Positions 1 through 10,450 of a stretch of DNA of 64,000 nt are shown here, piece after piece; position 1 is the first letter of the stretch; every line of letters starts with the position of its first letter. The stretch is from Candidatus Marinacidobacterales bacterium. Its GTDB lineage: Bacteria; Acidobacteriota; Vicinamibacteria; Marinacidobacterales; DATDRI01. The translations under genes and the position numbers were made by a program. The stretch is taken from NCBI GenBank assembly GCA_965226495.1, contig OZ245365.1:832001-896000 (forward strand), read 5' to 3'. A model generated the notes under the pieces. The model was not told where the DNA came from, searched no databases, and saw only the letters and a program-made list of their open reading frames with translations.

Positions 1-2233
1 GCCAGAAGCGCCGTGAGCTGCGCCTGAAGACCCAGGTGGAAATCGTGACGCCAAAGTCCTAGCGCATGGAAGACGTGAGCTGCGCCTGAAGACCCATGGA
101 AACCCCCGCCGCCAAGCCCACCGACCACCAGGCCCGAGGCAAAATCAACCAACTCGTACCGATGACGATGGCCCAAGCCGCATAGCTATAAAAGGTGAAC
201 AGAACAGGAGGAGTCATTCGGATCTCGCCCACTTCCACTGTGGGCTGCGCTCCGCGCCGATTCTCGCAAAAGACGTACAGCATGACGGATGCGGCGATCA
301 GGACCCCGGCCGAGGTGTTCCAGGTTGGTTCTCGGTACAGCTCGTCCCAAAGTTGTGGATAACTAATGATGGCGATTCGAGCCACTGCCGAGATCAAAGT
401 AAAGTGCGAGATGCGGCTCAAGTGGGTTTGGCCCCATTTTCGGTAGCCCGAATAGAGGAGAAAACCGAGGGAGAGCCAAATGATTACCAGCCATTCGGAA
501 GGAGTGAGCAACCAAGTGCCCGCCAGGGCCATCAACCATCCAAGGTACACGTAAATCGTTGTCGAGGCCCTTTCGGGTTCGGTTCGAATCTGGGAGGCGT
601 ACTTTCGACCGAGATACAACGTATTGAAAAAGAAGGCCGCCGCCGTGACCACGAGGAGGATTCCGTCCTCGAGCTCGAGAAACCCTTTCTGGCCGAGCCT
701 CGGTATCACCCGATCCAAGATAAGGTAAGCAGTGAGTGGAACCGTTGTGAGCCAGGCCAGCCTCCGAAAGTGAATCTCCTCGAGGCGATAGCCCACGATC
801 AGAAAGATCTGGCACTCGAGTAGCCACATCACTACCCAATGGTCCGCCGCTGCGGCGTAGTACGTGGACAAGTAGGGTGCGGCGGCGACTACCAGAAACC
901 CTCCAGTGGTGCTGAGGAGAAGGTAGCTGGACCTCCGGGCCAATCGCTGACCGAGAAAGGCCAGAGCGAAGTAAAGACTCCCGAGGATGAAAAGGAACCA
1001 GAACCGCCATTCTGGATGGTAGGATTGGTATCCCGAGAGCGCCAAGTAGCCGAGTACATTGAGAATGACCGCCAGTCCAAGAAACGCGTCTTGCTGTTCG
1101 TTCTTACCTCGTCGTAGAAAATGGGAAACCGTGAAGAGTACCCAGTAGCAAGTTAGCAGCGCCGTGCTCATCGAGTACTCGGCGAAAGCTCCTTTTTCCG
1201 CACCCATGGGCTCGATGATGGGCCGTAGCCAAGCATAGTGATTGGCGTATGTGCCGACGACGGCGATGCTCTCCAACCCGTACCAATCCATTTTCCAGAG
1301 CACGATGACCACCGCCAGCGAAAGCACCAGGGTCGCAAGGAGTGTGTACGATTCCACACCGTAAAAGATGATGGTGAAGTACCCGAGGGCAACGGCAAAG
1401 CCGGTAACGAACTGCGACCGGTATCGGAGCGAGTGAATGACGATACCCGCCGCCACACCAAGCAACAAAGCAAAGCCCAAACTCTCGTCCTGGACGACCT
1501 TGGTGGCCTCGACGCTGTACATTGCGTACGCGAGGAAGTAAGCGAGCCCCCAGCCTCCACTCAGCAGCACCCGGCCAAACGCCTGGTACCGGGATCGGCG
1601 CTCCAAGTTCGAGCCACCGGCAACGGCCGCCACGCTGATGACCAAGCCTAGGAGCACCTTGCCCCACGGTCCCATTTTCTGGACGGTGTAACCAAGGAAG
1701 AGCGCAACACCAATGATGAGGATGGCCATGCCGATCTTGAGCAGCCAGTTCGCCCCAAGGGTCTCTTCCAAGTCGAGCAGCTGCTGTCTCCGCGCCACCC
1801 TGGACCGCTGGCGCTCGGCGGCCGTGGGCTGCGCAAGAACGGGCGTCCCTCTAACGGGCGCCGGCACCTGTACGACGGGCTTTGTAGTTGCGGCGGGAGT
1901 CTCGGTGGGCCTCGGGAGCGGTGGGGCTTCGGCCGGCGGCGAGGGCTCGGGCGGCGATGGCGTGGATGGTGCGTCGGGAGCGGCAGGCGGCTCGATTGTG
2001 GGTGGTGAGGGTGTCTTGGTGGCATCCTCCGTGACAACCCTCGTCTCAGGGGTGTCGCCTAATGTCCGCCTGGCCCTTAGCTCCACCACCACCCTTCGCC
2101 CTAGGGCCTCGACCCTGTTGCCGAGTGAGTCGAGCTCCTTGGTGTGCTTCGTTTCGATCTCGCGCACGCGGCGGGAAAGAGTTCGATACCAAATGAGAAG
2201 GCCGACGGCGAGGAGGAAGGTCAAAAACGACAT
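1..2233 (-). CDS. DUF2339-type multi-pass membrane protein with Pro-rich linker; probably continues past the window start
   Basis: 724-aa ORF with LEETLGANWLLKIG and many TM segments. The stop at 59 follows a local 23-bp duplication (12-34 vs 74-96); a shifted frame continues as FHALGLWRHDFHLGLQAQLTALL to position 1. Confidence 0.75.
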
Positions 2234-2574
2234 CTATGGTGCTTTCCAGGCAAGAAGGCCGTGCAAAGAGGAAGATTGCCGAACGAAGTCTATGATCTCT
2301 TCAGATTGGCTGCAACTCGAATGGAGAAGTCCTCGGGGGTGATGACCCAGGTGCACGTCGTGCACACGTCGACCGATTGGTCGGTCTCGTCGCTACTGCA
2401 GCTGAGGTCACCCGTCGCCAACTGCCAGTTAGCCGGTCTCACGGACCAACGAAACGAGGAGAACTCGTCACGAGTCCTTGAGCGCGCCAGGAACTTTCCC
2501 TCTCAGACTCCAAGTTACTATTCTTCCGCTTCTAGAGGAGGGGAAAACGCCGCCGCCGGGCGTCGAGCAGTACC

Positions 2575-2649
2575 GTCCAACAGTCGCGCTGAGCGGCGGC
2601 GCCACGGCGAATTTCATCAGGCGGCGTCCGCTCCAGCGAGTCGTTATAC
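2575..2649 (-). mobile_element. integron attC recombination site (complete)
   Basis: Minus strand reads R'' GTATAAC, 5 nt, L'' GCTGGAGC ... L' GCTCAGC, 6 nt, R' GTTGGAC. It is a 75-bp imperfect palindrome with one extra base in L'', located just downstream of the cassette ORF stop at 2685. Confidence 0.85.
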
Positions 2650-2684
2650 GGAGACTTCATTATTGCGAGCTTCGCACCTCTGAG

Positions 2685-3364
2685 CTAGTGATGATGAACC
2701 CATCGGGCGTCCAAGACAGGCTGAATCTCATCCGTGCTGATGGACAACAGTTCGGGTCCGATTCCAGTTAGACCGACTTCACCAGCCATTGCGCCTAAAT
2801 CAATACGGGCTCCCTTGCTTATTTGGTAACCGTACGGAACGTGACTGCGGATTTGCTTTGTGATTGACTGAGTAACGTTCCTCAATTCTCCCGGTGACCA
2901 CTTATGGAATTCTTGCCCGCAGCCGCCGGTGCCATTGAGACACTGAGCTACTTCCAAAAAATGCTCACTCTCGACTGTCCGGAGGTGCACTTCCTCCAAG
3001 AACACGTAGGTCTCGTCTTCGCTGAGAAACAACAGGGGCGTGACAACGTCACTTTGGTTCGTTCGTAAACGATCACGTTAACAACTTTATAGCGGGAAAA
3101 CTCGGGACTGGGCCAGAGGTGGCGAGCTTCATACAATGTACGGGACCCCGATTGGCCGAGCTCGGCCCAACTGACCTGACAGTCCGGATGGGGGGTGCCA
3201 TTCCAGCTTGGAACGGGTCCTCTGTTAGTTATGCAAGTACTTGTCGCCCTGGATATGGGCACAGGCACAAACTTGACTTTCTCGCTGGCGCCTTGCGCTG
3301 TGTACACCAGACCCCACACGAGAGCTAGGGCTGCTGAGTTTGCACCAATCACGAAAAGCCGCAC
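2685..3364 (-). CDS. gene-cassette ORF, hypothetical exported protein (~226 aa), split by a 1-bp frameshift near 3035
   Basis: ORFs 2948..3418 and 2685..3032 join if one base is added to the G4 run at 3035-3038. GTG start at 3364, signal-like N-terminus, lower GC than the flanks. Confidence 0.6.
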
Positions 3365-3372
3365 CTCATTCC

Positions 3373-3484
3373 GTATAATTGAGCGGCGGCATGGCGATGT
3401 TGTCGCCGAAGCGGGCACTCTCTTTCCCAGTGTCTCATAGCTTCACGAAGCCTCGGTGCCGTCCGCTCGAATTCCGAGTTAGAC
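3373..3484 (-). mobile_element. integron attC site with a damaged R' end
   Basis: Minus strand: R'' GTCTAAC-TCGGA-L'' ATTCGAGC-GGACGGCA ... TGCCGCC-L' GCTCAAT runs directly into TTATACGGA, so the spacer and G of the core are missing. Confidence 0.7.
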
Positions 3485-3486
3485 GG

Positions 3487-4613
3487 CGCGAATTCATAAA
3501 GTAAGTGCAACACAGCTCCCGGATGAGGTGACCTGGAATGTGCCACGATTCCTCAAACGACCAAGAATGGGGACTCGCTAATGACTTATTACCAGATCAC
3601 CTCGGAAGAACGCTACACCATCGCGGCGCTGCGACGGGAGGGATTTTGCTCGGCCGAGATCGCGCGGCGAGGTCAGGAGCGCCACCAAGAATGGGGACTC
3701 GAGACTTATTACCAGATCACCTCATCGCGGCGCTGCGACATCTCGAGAGAGGTCAGGAGGAACAGCTCACCTAGTGATGGATGCTACCGGCCGAGCAAGG
3801 CCATCGAGAGAACGAACGGACGACGCTCGCGGTCTCGCCGGAACCAGTACTTCACAAAGGCCGACTTTGCCCTGGTGGAGAAGAAGCTTAAGGCCGACTG
3901 GAGCCCAGAGCAGATCTCCGGCCACCTGCGCCTTCACGGCGAGCTCTCGATCAGCCACGAGACGATCTACACCCACGTTTGGCGGGACAAGGAGGCCGGA
4001 GGACATCTATACCGCCACCTTCGATGCTCGCCCAAACTTAGACGCAAGCGCCACAACAGCTACGACAGCCGAGGCCGCCTGGCCGGGAAGCGTCACATCT
4101 CCGAGCGGCCGTCTTGTATCGACAAGCGCCGTGCCGTTGGCCACTGGGAGATTGACACCGTGGTAGGAAAAGACGCGCCGGACTGCGTCACCACGCTCGT
4201 GGAACGAAAGACGGGCTATGCGCTGATCGGCAAACTGTCCGACCGCAGCATGTTCGGCACTAGCCAGCGAACGAAGATGTTGCTCCGGCGGGTGCCGGAT
4301 CAGGTCAAAGACCATCACCGCGGACAATGGCACGGAGTTCCACGACTACGAATCCGTCGAGGAAGCGACCGGCGTCAAGTTCTACTTTGCAACTCCCTAT
4401 CACTCATGGGAGAGAGGCAGCAACGAGAACTTCAATGGCCTGCTACGACAATACCTGCCGAAGCGCACCAGCCAAGCAGCGCTCACGCAACGCCACTGCG
4501 ATGGTATCGCAAAGAAGCTCAACACACGGCCCCGCAAGAGGCTCGGTTACCGCACACCGGAGGAACGTTTCCATGGGAACTAACGAATGGTGCGCTTCAA
4601 ACTTGAAGTCACA
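3487..4613 (+). mobile_element. IS30-family insertion sequence
   Basis: Imperfect terminal inverted repeats (GCGAATTCATAAAGTAAGTGCAACA at 3488-3512 vs revcomp of 4588-4612) flank an IS30 transposase. Confidence 0.8.
3581..4583 (+). pseudogene. IS30 transposase, frameshifted near 4307, with a scrambled duplication near the N-terminus
   Basis: Motifs WSPEQI, ISHETIY and GHWEIDTV are present; TITADNGTEF and SWERGSNEN lie in the shifted frame that ends at TAA 4581-4583. Confidence 0.85.
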
Positions 4614-4809
4614 GCAGCGTTGACTTCGAGGGTCATCAGGCGCCGGAACTTCTCATATTCCGACCACTGGGAGACGTCTGCATTCTCGTGCTAACGCCAG
4701 CGATGCCTTCGAGGTCTGCCGATATGTAGACCTTGAGCGACTGCTGAGCGCCAGCGGGAGATGTGAGGCATACGGATAGAACGACGGCAGCTAGTGCGAT
4801 GTTATTCAT
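4614..4809 (-). pseudogene. M55 (DppA-like) aminopeptidase N-terminal fragment truncated at the IS30 end
   Basis: Reads MNNIALAAVVLSVCLTSPAGAQQSLKVYISADLEGIAGV..., then after a frameshift YEKFRRLMTLEVNAAV, ending at the IS right end. GGGGA RBS upstream. Confidence 0.75.
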
Positions 4810-4954
4810 AAGTCCCCAAAGGTCTCATAGACGCTCGTATCGGTCCACTGCAATCAGCTCTCGTCATCAGCGTTACGCGGGAGCTTTCTCGAGAACGTTT
4901 GGCTCAGCGGTGAGGCGAACCGTGTGGCCCGGAACCACGGCCCGCCCAAAGGGT

Positions 4955-5016
4955 AGACAACACTTCGTTCATCACCGGGACGGATGTGGCCGTGGACGGA
5001 GGCTACACCGCGATGC
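4955..5016 (+). pseudogene. C-terminal remnant of a short-chain dehydrogenase (SDR)
   Basis: Translates as SFITGTDVAVDGGYTAM, the typical SDR C-terminal motif, with no upstream gene body. Confidence 0.55.
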
Positions 5017-5252
5017 CCAGATCGAGCGGATCGGTCGATTCGACCGCCTTGGATCGCTCATCAACCCTTGGCGCAAGAACGGGGACAACGACACCTTGCT
5101 ACCCATCATCCGGGGAACGATCGCCGAGCGCCTGTTTAGGACCGTAAAGAGACGCGAGTAGCTAGAGTTCCTACTCGCGGCGGCGCCCGACTTCTCGGAG
5201 TACAGCTTCGCGGACGAGGAGCCCCTACCCTGCCGGAGCGGCTAGGCGTTGT

Positions 5253-5281
5253 TTGACGTCGTACATACAATGCAATACACT
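5253..5281 (+). promoter_or_regulatory. sigma70-type promoter of the TA operon (probably leaderless mRNA)
   Basis: TTGACG (5253-5258), 17-nt spacer, TACACT (5276-5281). The ATG is at 5289 with no SD sequence. Confidence 0.6.
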
Positions 5282-5288
5282 ACCGTTA

Positions 5289-5570
5289 ATGAAGTTTGAG
5301 TGGAATGAAGAAAAGAACCTCTCGAACTTTCGCAAACATGGAATCTGGTTCGAAGAGGCCCAAACTTTATGGTCCGACGAATCGAGCTCCGAGTTCTTCG
5401 ATCCCGAACACAGCGAGAACGAGGATCGGTACATTCGGATTGGCTATTCGAGCGTTCCCCGCTTACTGCTGGTGGTTTTCTGCGAACGTGCCGGCGGCGA
5501 TGTTATCCGGGTGATTTCTGCGCGACAGGCTTCTGCAAAGGAGAGGTGGCAATATGAAGAAGGAATATGA
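5289..5570 (+). CDS. brnT: BrnT-family type II toxin (ribonuclease)
   Basis: MKFEWNEEKNLSNFRKHGIWFEEA ... EDRYIRIG ... IRVISARQA signature. Confidence 0.92.
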   Translation: MKFEWNEEKNLSNFRKHGIWFEEAQTLWSDESSSEFFDPEHSENEDRYIRIGYSSVPRLLLVVFCERAGGDVIRVISARQASAKERWQYEEGI

Positions 5571-5802
5571 TCTGAAGAAGCTGAAGAAGAGACCGGGACC
5601 GGTAAAAACCGACAAGGATGCGGTAAAGCTTCCGGTCTCACTTCGGTTGGACGGATCTGTTTTGGCGGCAATAAAGACCGAGGCCGATCGGCTAGGAATT
5701 CCTTATCAGACGCTAATTGGGAGCATCCTTCATCGATACGCCACGAACGAATTGCTCGATCGCCGCAACCTCGACCTTGCCAAGTCGATTAGCGCATCTT
5801 GA
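5554..5802 (+). CDS. BrnA/CopG-type RHH antitoxin
   Basis: MKKEYDL start and VSLRLD...GIPYQTLI motif; overlaps the toxin stop. Confidence 0.88.
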   Translation: MKKEYDLKKLKKRPGPVKTDKDAVKLPVSLRLDGSVLAAIKTEADRLGIPYQTLIGSILHRYATNELLDRRNLDLAKSISAS

Positions 5803-6339
5803 GGCGGATCCTTCGCAATGTTGTCACTCTGGCAAGGCAACCCATTCATGCAGCCGTGACCATGCCTCCATGAGTTCGTCACCACGATCGCCTGGAAGCG
5901 CGCCGTCGGGTACGCGCCGAGCTATTCCCTATCGACCCTCTACCGTCCTATCATCCCCGCGGTGAAATGCGCGCCTTGAAAGAGCCCGTCGCGGTGTCAT
6001 GTCGGCGATCATCATTCCCATGGTGAGTAGAGACAGCACGTCCGAGCGCACGCCATTCTCGACGACCGTGTTCCCGTGACAGCGAGTCGCGTGCACCTCA
6101 AAGTTTGTCGAGCCCATCAGATACCAGCGGACTTTCTCACGCCTACTGAGCTATGCCTACGAGGCGATGTTGGTGCCGGTCGCAAATAGAACGCGGGAGG
6201 CTCCGTGAGCCGGCGCGGCGCGGCTTCGTCCGATGCCACAGGTTGTTCGATTTAAGGACGATACGGGGAGTGCGCGCGCATCGCTCTCCGACTGGATTCC
6301 AACGTGATGACGAACGTAGGTAAACCAATCGGCCCGGCG

Positions 6340-6447
6340 TACCAGGCCGGAGATGATGCGCGGGCGGTGATGCTTGTCGCGACGCTAACCGTCGTCTCCG
6401 TCGCGGTGGTACTGGCGTTCTCGCGGTTGGAAAGAGGGCGATGGTGA
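6340..6447 (+). pseudogene. modB: 3' remnant of molybdate ABC permease ModB
   Basis: YQAGDDARAVMLVATLTVVSVAVVLAFSRLERGRW*; its stop overlaps the start of the ModC-like ATPase, and the 5' part of the gene is absent. Confidence 0.6.
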
Positions 6448-7151
6448 CGGAAACGCCGAAGGTTCTCGACGTGAATGTGACGATCTCTCTGGGCTCAGGG
6501 CGTGAGCGCACCACCGTCGCGGCCCGGTTTGCGCTGACGAAGGGAATCCTGGTCATCTTCGGCCCTTCCGCGACCGGCAAGACCCTGACGGTTCGCGCCG
6601 TGGCCGGCCTACGACCCGCTATTGGCGCGATTCGCGTGGGCGGCGAGACTCTTCTCGACAGCGAAGCGCAACGAAACGTTGCCCCGGAACATCGCCGTGT
6701 TGGTTATGTGCCCCAACACGTGGCGCTCTTCCCACATCTCAATGTTCGTGACAACGTGGCGTTTGGCTTGCGGGCGCGTGGAAACGGAACCGGCTCGCGG
6801 CCACTCGCCGAGGAATGGCTGGCGCGACTCGGGGTGGAGAACTTGGCGGATCGTATGCCGCATCGCCTGTCGGGAGGGGAATCGCAACGCGTCTCGCTCG
6901 CCCGCGCCTTGGCACCAGAGCCACGCCTGCTACTACTCGACGAGCCCTTCGCCAGTCTCGATCTCACGACTCGGCGCGAGATGCGCCGCGTGGTGCGGGA
7001 AGTTCAAGAGAGCAGCGGGATCCCAATGGTTTTCGTTACCCATAGTCCGCGCGAAGCGATCGAGATGGGGGATCACTTGGTTCGCTACGGGCTGGGTGGA
7101 AGCCAAGAAGAAGGCTTGCCGGGGGACCTCATCGAAAGCGAATCGGAATAG
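6441..7151 (+). CDS. modC: molybdate-type ABC transporter ATP-binding protein
   Basis: Walker A GPSATGKT, RRVGYVPQ..LFPHL, LSGGESQR, LLLLDEPF. Confidence 0.8.
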   Translation: MVTETPKVLDVNVTISLGSGRERTTVAARFALTKGILVIFGPSATGKTLTVRAVAGLRPAIGAIRVGGETLLDSEAQRNVAPEHRRVGYVPQHVALFPHLNVRDNVAFGLRARGNGTGSRPLAEEWLARLGVENLADRMPHRLSGGESQRVSLARALAPEPRLLLLDEPFASLDLTTRREMRRVVREVQESSGIPMVFVTHSPREAIEMGDHLVRYGLGGSQEEGLPGDLIESESE

Positions 7152-7154
7152 GCG

Positions 7155-7571
7155 TTAAGCGGCGTCGAAGAATTCCCCGATCTTGCCCCGGATCTGATCG
7201 CGGATGCGCCGGAACTCCTGGCGAATCTCTTCGTCGGAGCCGGTGGCCGCCGCCGGATCTTCGAAGGGCCAGTGAAACCGTTGCACGTTCCCCGGGTATA
7301 CCGGGCACACTTCCTCGGCACAGAGCGTGATCACCGTCCCGATTCGATCCGAAGGGATCTCGTCGATCGCCTTCGATCGGTGCGAGGAAATCTCGATGCC
7401 CAGTTCCTGCATCACTTCTCGGGCAAATGGATTGAGGTGGGTGGGTGCCGAGCCGGCGCTGTAGATTTCTCGATCCTTGGGCGCAACCGCTCGAGCGAGT
7501 CCCTCCGCCATTTGGCTGCGCGCGGAATTGGCCACACAAAGAAAGAGGACGCCCGCCCGCGATTCCCCCAT
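7155..7571 (-). CDS. arsC: arsenate reductase / LMW-PTP family (thioredoxin-type ArsC)
   Basis: [40 protein letters not shown]. Confidence 0.85.
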   Translation of the reverse strand: MGESRAGVLFLCVANSARSQMAEGLARAVAPKDREIYSAGSAPTHLNPFAREVMQELGIEISSHRSKAIDEIPSDRIGTVITLCAEEVCPVYPGNVQRFHWPFEDPAAATGSDEEIRQEFRRIRDQIRGKIGEFFDAA

Positions 7572-7988
7572 GGCCGTATTCTAAACGAAAGCACTCAGGG
7601 CTTGATGAAGGCGTCGGCGGCTGCAATCCACGACGAGCCCCGCCAAAGACTGCATACCTGTCAGGGGCTCGATCTTTGCCCACATATCGCTCGCAAGGGA
7701 GGTTTTCAATGAGGGATTTCGTCCCTATCCCCTATGGACACCGTGGCGGCGTCTACTGGCCGCGTCCCACCAAAGGACGGCTGTCCACCCATTCTATGGC
7801 GCCTATGCCAACCGCGTTTGTTCGTCAGCACCGCGTGTCAGCGACTGCTTTTTTGCCTCACAATGTGTTTGACCAAATTCGAAACGTTCCGCGTGCAAAG
7901 AATTTGCTTCAATCTAGCCGTCCCACGGACGCTCCTCGGGATAGAAATGCCTATCTGTCCATTTCTCAGGCTCCGTTCCGCGGACGCG

Positions 7989-9717
7989 TCACAGCTTGAT
8001 CTCTCTCGCGATTTCATCGAGCGTCGTTACGCCATCGCGCAGTTTTTGCAGGGCGCTCTCGCGGAGACTCCAACCCACCTTGGCTCCTGCTTTCTGCCGC
8101 AACGTCTCGTCGCTGGCCCCGGCAACGAGCAGTTCCTTGATCTCGGTGTCGATCTCCATCACTTCGAAGAGGCCGATGCGCCCGCGGTATCCGGTGCTAT
8201 TGCAAGCCGCGCAGCCTTCAGCGGAGAACGCGGTCACTTGCCGCGTTTCCTCCTCCGTTAACCCCGCGCGGAGCAGATATTTTGTCCCGAATTCGACTTC
8301 CTGCCGGCACTCCTCGCAGATCCGCCGCACGAGGCGTTGATTCACGACCAAACGTAGACTTCGGCTGAGCGAGTGGTGTGCGTTTCCATAGGCGCCTAGC
8401 TGAGCCTCTGGACCCTGCTCTGGGTGCATCAAGTAGCTGATCCCGGCGGCGGTGTCCCGTGCCGTCAAGTCGCCTACGGATGACGTGTCGCCTGGCGGCT
8501 TCGAGAACGACAGCGACCGCGTCCGGGTATCCCAAGCTCCCAGCCACAACCACATCGGGGTCCTGAGCCAGAACGGTCCGAAGGACGCTGGCCTTGTCGC
8601 CGACGCTTCGATCGGCTTGGACTTGGGTGACCCCTGGCAAGTCGAGCTCCATTTGCTCTTCGACGACAGCGACATACAGGTTTTCTACAGGCAGCGAACG
8701 AGCGGCGGAGTAAAGGGTCTGTGTTTTACCGCTCCGTCTCGGACCGCATACCAGAATCAAGCCGTGGGAGTCGCTCATGGCGTTCTCCAGCATTTCCCGA
8801 GGCCCTTCCTCCAATCCCAGTTCGGCTAGCTTCTTGGGGGTCAGATCGTGAACGCGAAGGAAGAGCTTCTCTCCCCAAGGAGTCGGCAGGGTATGCAGCT
8901 CGAAGTCGTGAGCGCTCATTGCGCCGCTTGTGTTGATCCGAATACGAATGCGCCCCCCTTGGGGAATCCGCTTCTCGGCAATATCCATCTTGGCCATGAC
9001 CTTGAACCGATTGGCGATCGCGTCTCTTAGCCTCATCGGCGGATTCAACACGATGTAGAGCACACCGTCGATACGGAAACGGACTTGGTATTCCCGCTCA
9101 TATGGCTCGACGTGTATTTCGCTCGCTCCGCGTCGCAGTGAGTCTGCCAGAAGGAGATTGCAAAGTTTCACGACGGGTTTTTGGTTGGTAGACCGTTCCA
9201 ACTCTTCAAGATCCATGTCGATGTCACCAGACACCTCATTAGTCTCCACGTTCTCCTCCCTTCCCCCTTGGCGATCTCGCGTAGTGTTTGCCACGCCGTA
9301 ACACCTCTCGATCGCCTGCCCTATGGCCGCTCGAGGCGCAAACACGGGCTCGATGTGGCCTCCGATCATGAACTTGATGTCGTCCAGGACGAAAAGGTTG
9401 GTCGGATCCTCCATCGCAATGCTCACCGACCCGTGGCGGAAAATTGGGATGATGCAGTAACGCTCGGCCGTTTCTCGAGGAACGAGGCCGATCACCCACT
9501 GCGGAATACTAAGTTCCGAAAGGTCCACTCCCTCGACTCCATACTTGTGGGCAAGGACCTCGGTAAGCTGATTCTCCGCGAGAAACCTCAGCTTCACGAG
9601 GATCTGGCCGAGGGCTCCACGGTTGGCCCTCTGATGCTCCAGCGCTTCATCGAGCTGTTGTCGAGAGAGGTATTCCTGTTCGATGAGTAACTCCCCCAGA
9701 CTTACAGGCATCGGCAT
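7989..9717 (-). CDS. PilB/GspE-like ATPase paralog with MshEN-like N-terminus and degenerate catalytic motifs; frameshift near 8475
   Basis: LGELL..LDEALEHQ, ASEIHVEP, MDIAEKRIPQGG, and C-terminal QRLVRRIC..C / GC..C..TGYRGRIG in the second frame. Confidence 0.8.
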
Positions 9718-10046
9718 AGCTGTACGTCTCCCCGTCAGGGACATTTCAGGTTGGATAAGAGAGACTGTACACCGGGGAAGAGGGAATCGTCAACGATGGA
9801 AGCTTTCGGTGACCAAAACCACCCGACTCGGTCCGGACCGGCGCCTGGCCACGTTGATGAGCAGCAACCAACTTGCTTGGCGCCAAAGAGCCTTATGCGA
9901 TTAACCAAAAGCAATGCTACAAGCCGGGAGAGCAGCAGGCGCACTTACACAATAGTTCGCCGCTCGTCATTTTCCAAGTTTTTGCCGCTTTTAAAAGGGT
10001 TCCTGAATGCAGGATATCAAACACACTTAAGGGGGAACCTGACAAC

Positions 10047-10436
10047 ATGAACACGATCTCTCAACCAAACGACGAGGTTTCCATTATAGAGGGGTTCGAC
10101 GCTCCGGATCCGGATGGCACAAAAAGATACAACCACGGTTTGGCCTGGAGCCCCGACGAACAGGAGGCCTGGGTGGCTGAAGGCAATAAAGCCTATGTAT
10201 TCGATATGAGTAATCCTCTCAAACCACGACAAACCCATGAAATGACCTACACCTCCAGTTCATCGGAACCGGGAGAGTCGAGCCCTTCTATAGACGCTCA
10301 AGTTGCTGCTGGTATAGTTGCTCCTGGAAATGTGCATTGGATTACATTTTCCATAGATGGAGTCTATGCCTACCTGGCAAGCATCTTTGGAACAACGGAA
10401 GTATGGGATGCCAAAACTAAGAAATTTGTTCAATAG
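10047..10436 (+). pseudogene. fragment of a YncE-like beta-propeller protein
   Basis: HGLAWSPDEQEAWV and HWITFSIDGVYAY blade motifs; short and lower GC. Confidence 0.5.
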
Positions 10437-10450
10437 CGGAAAGGACTGAT

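Noticed and set aside
2340-2440. Short hairpins and a GGCTAAC/GTTAGCC motif as a third attC
   Set aside because: No matching L boxes or second R box could be paired.
5803-6140. Possible gene remnant on the minus strand
   Set aside because: Interrupted by stops and I could not assign a family.
7709-7999. ORF with GGAGG RBS (MRDFVPIPYGHRGG...)
   Set aside because: Low-quality sequence with no recognisable motif; at most a decayed remnant.
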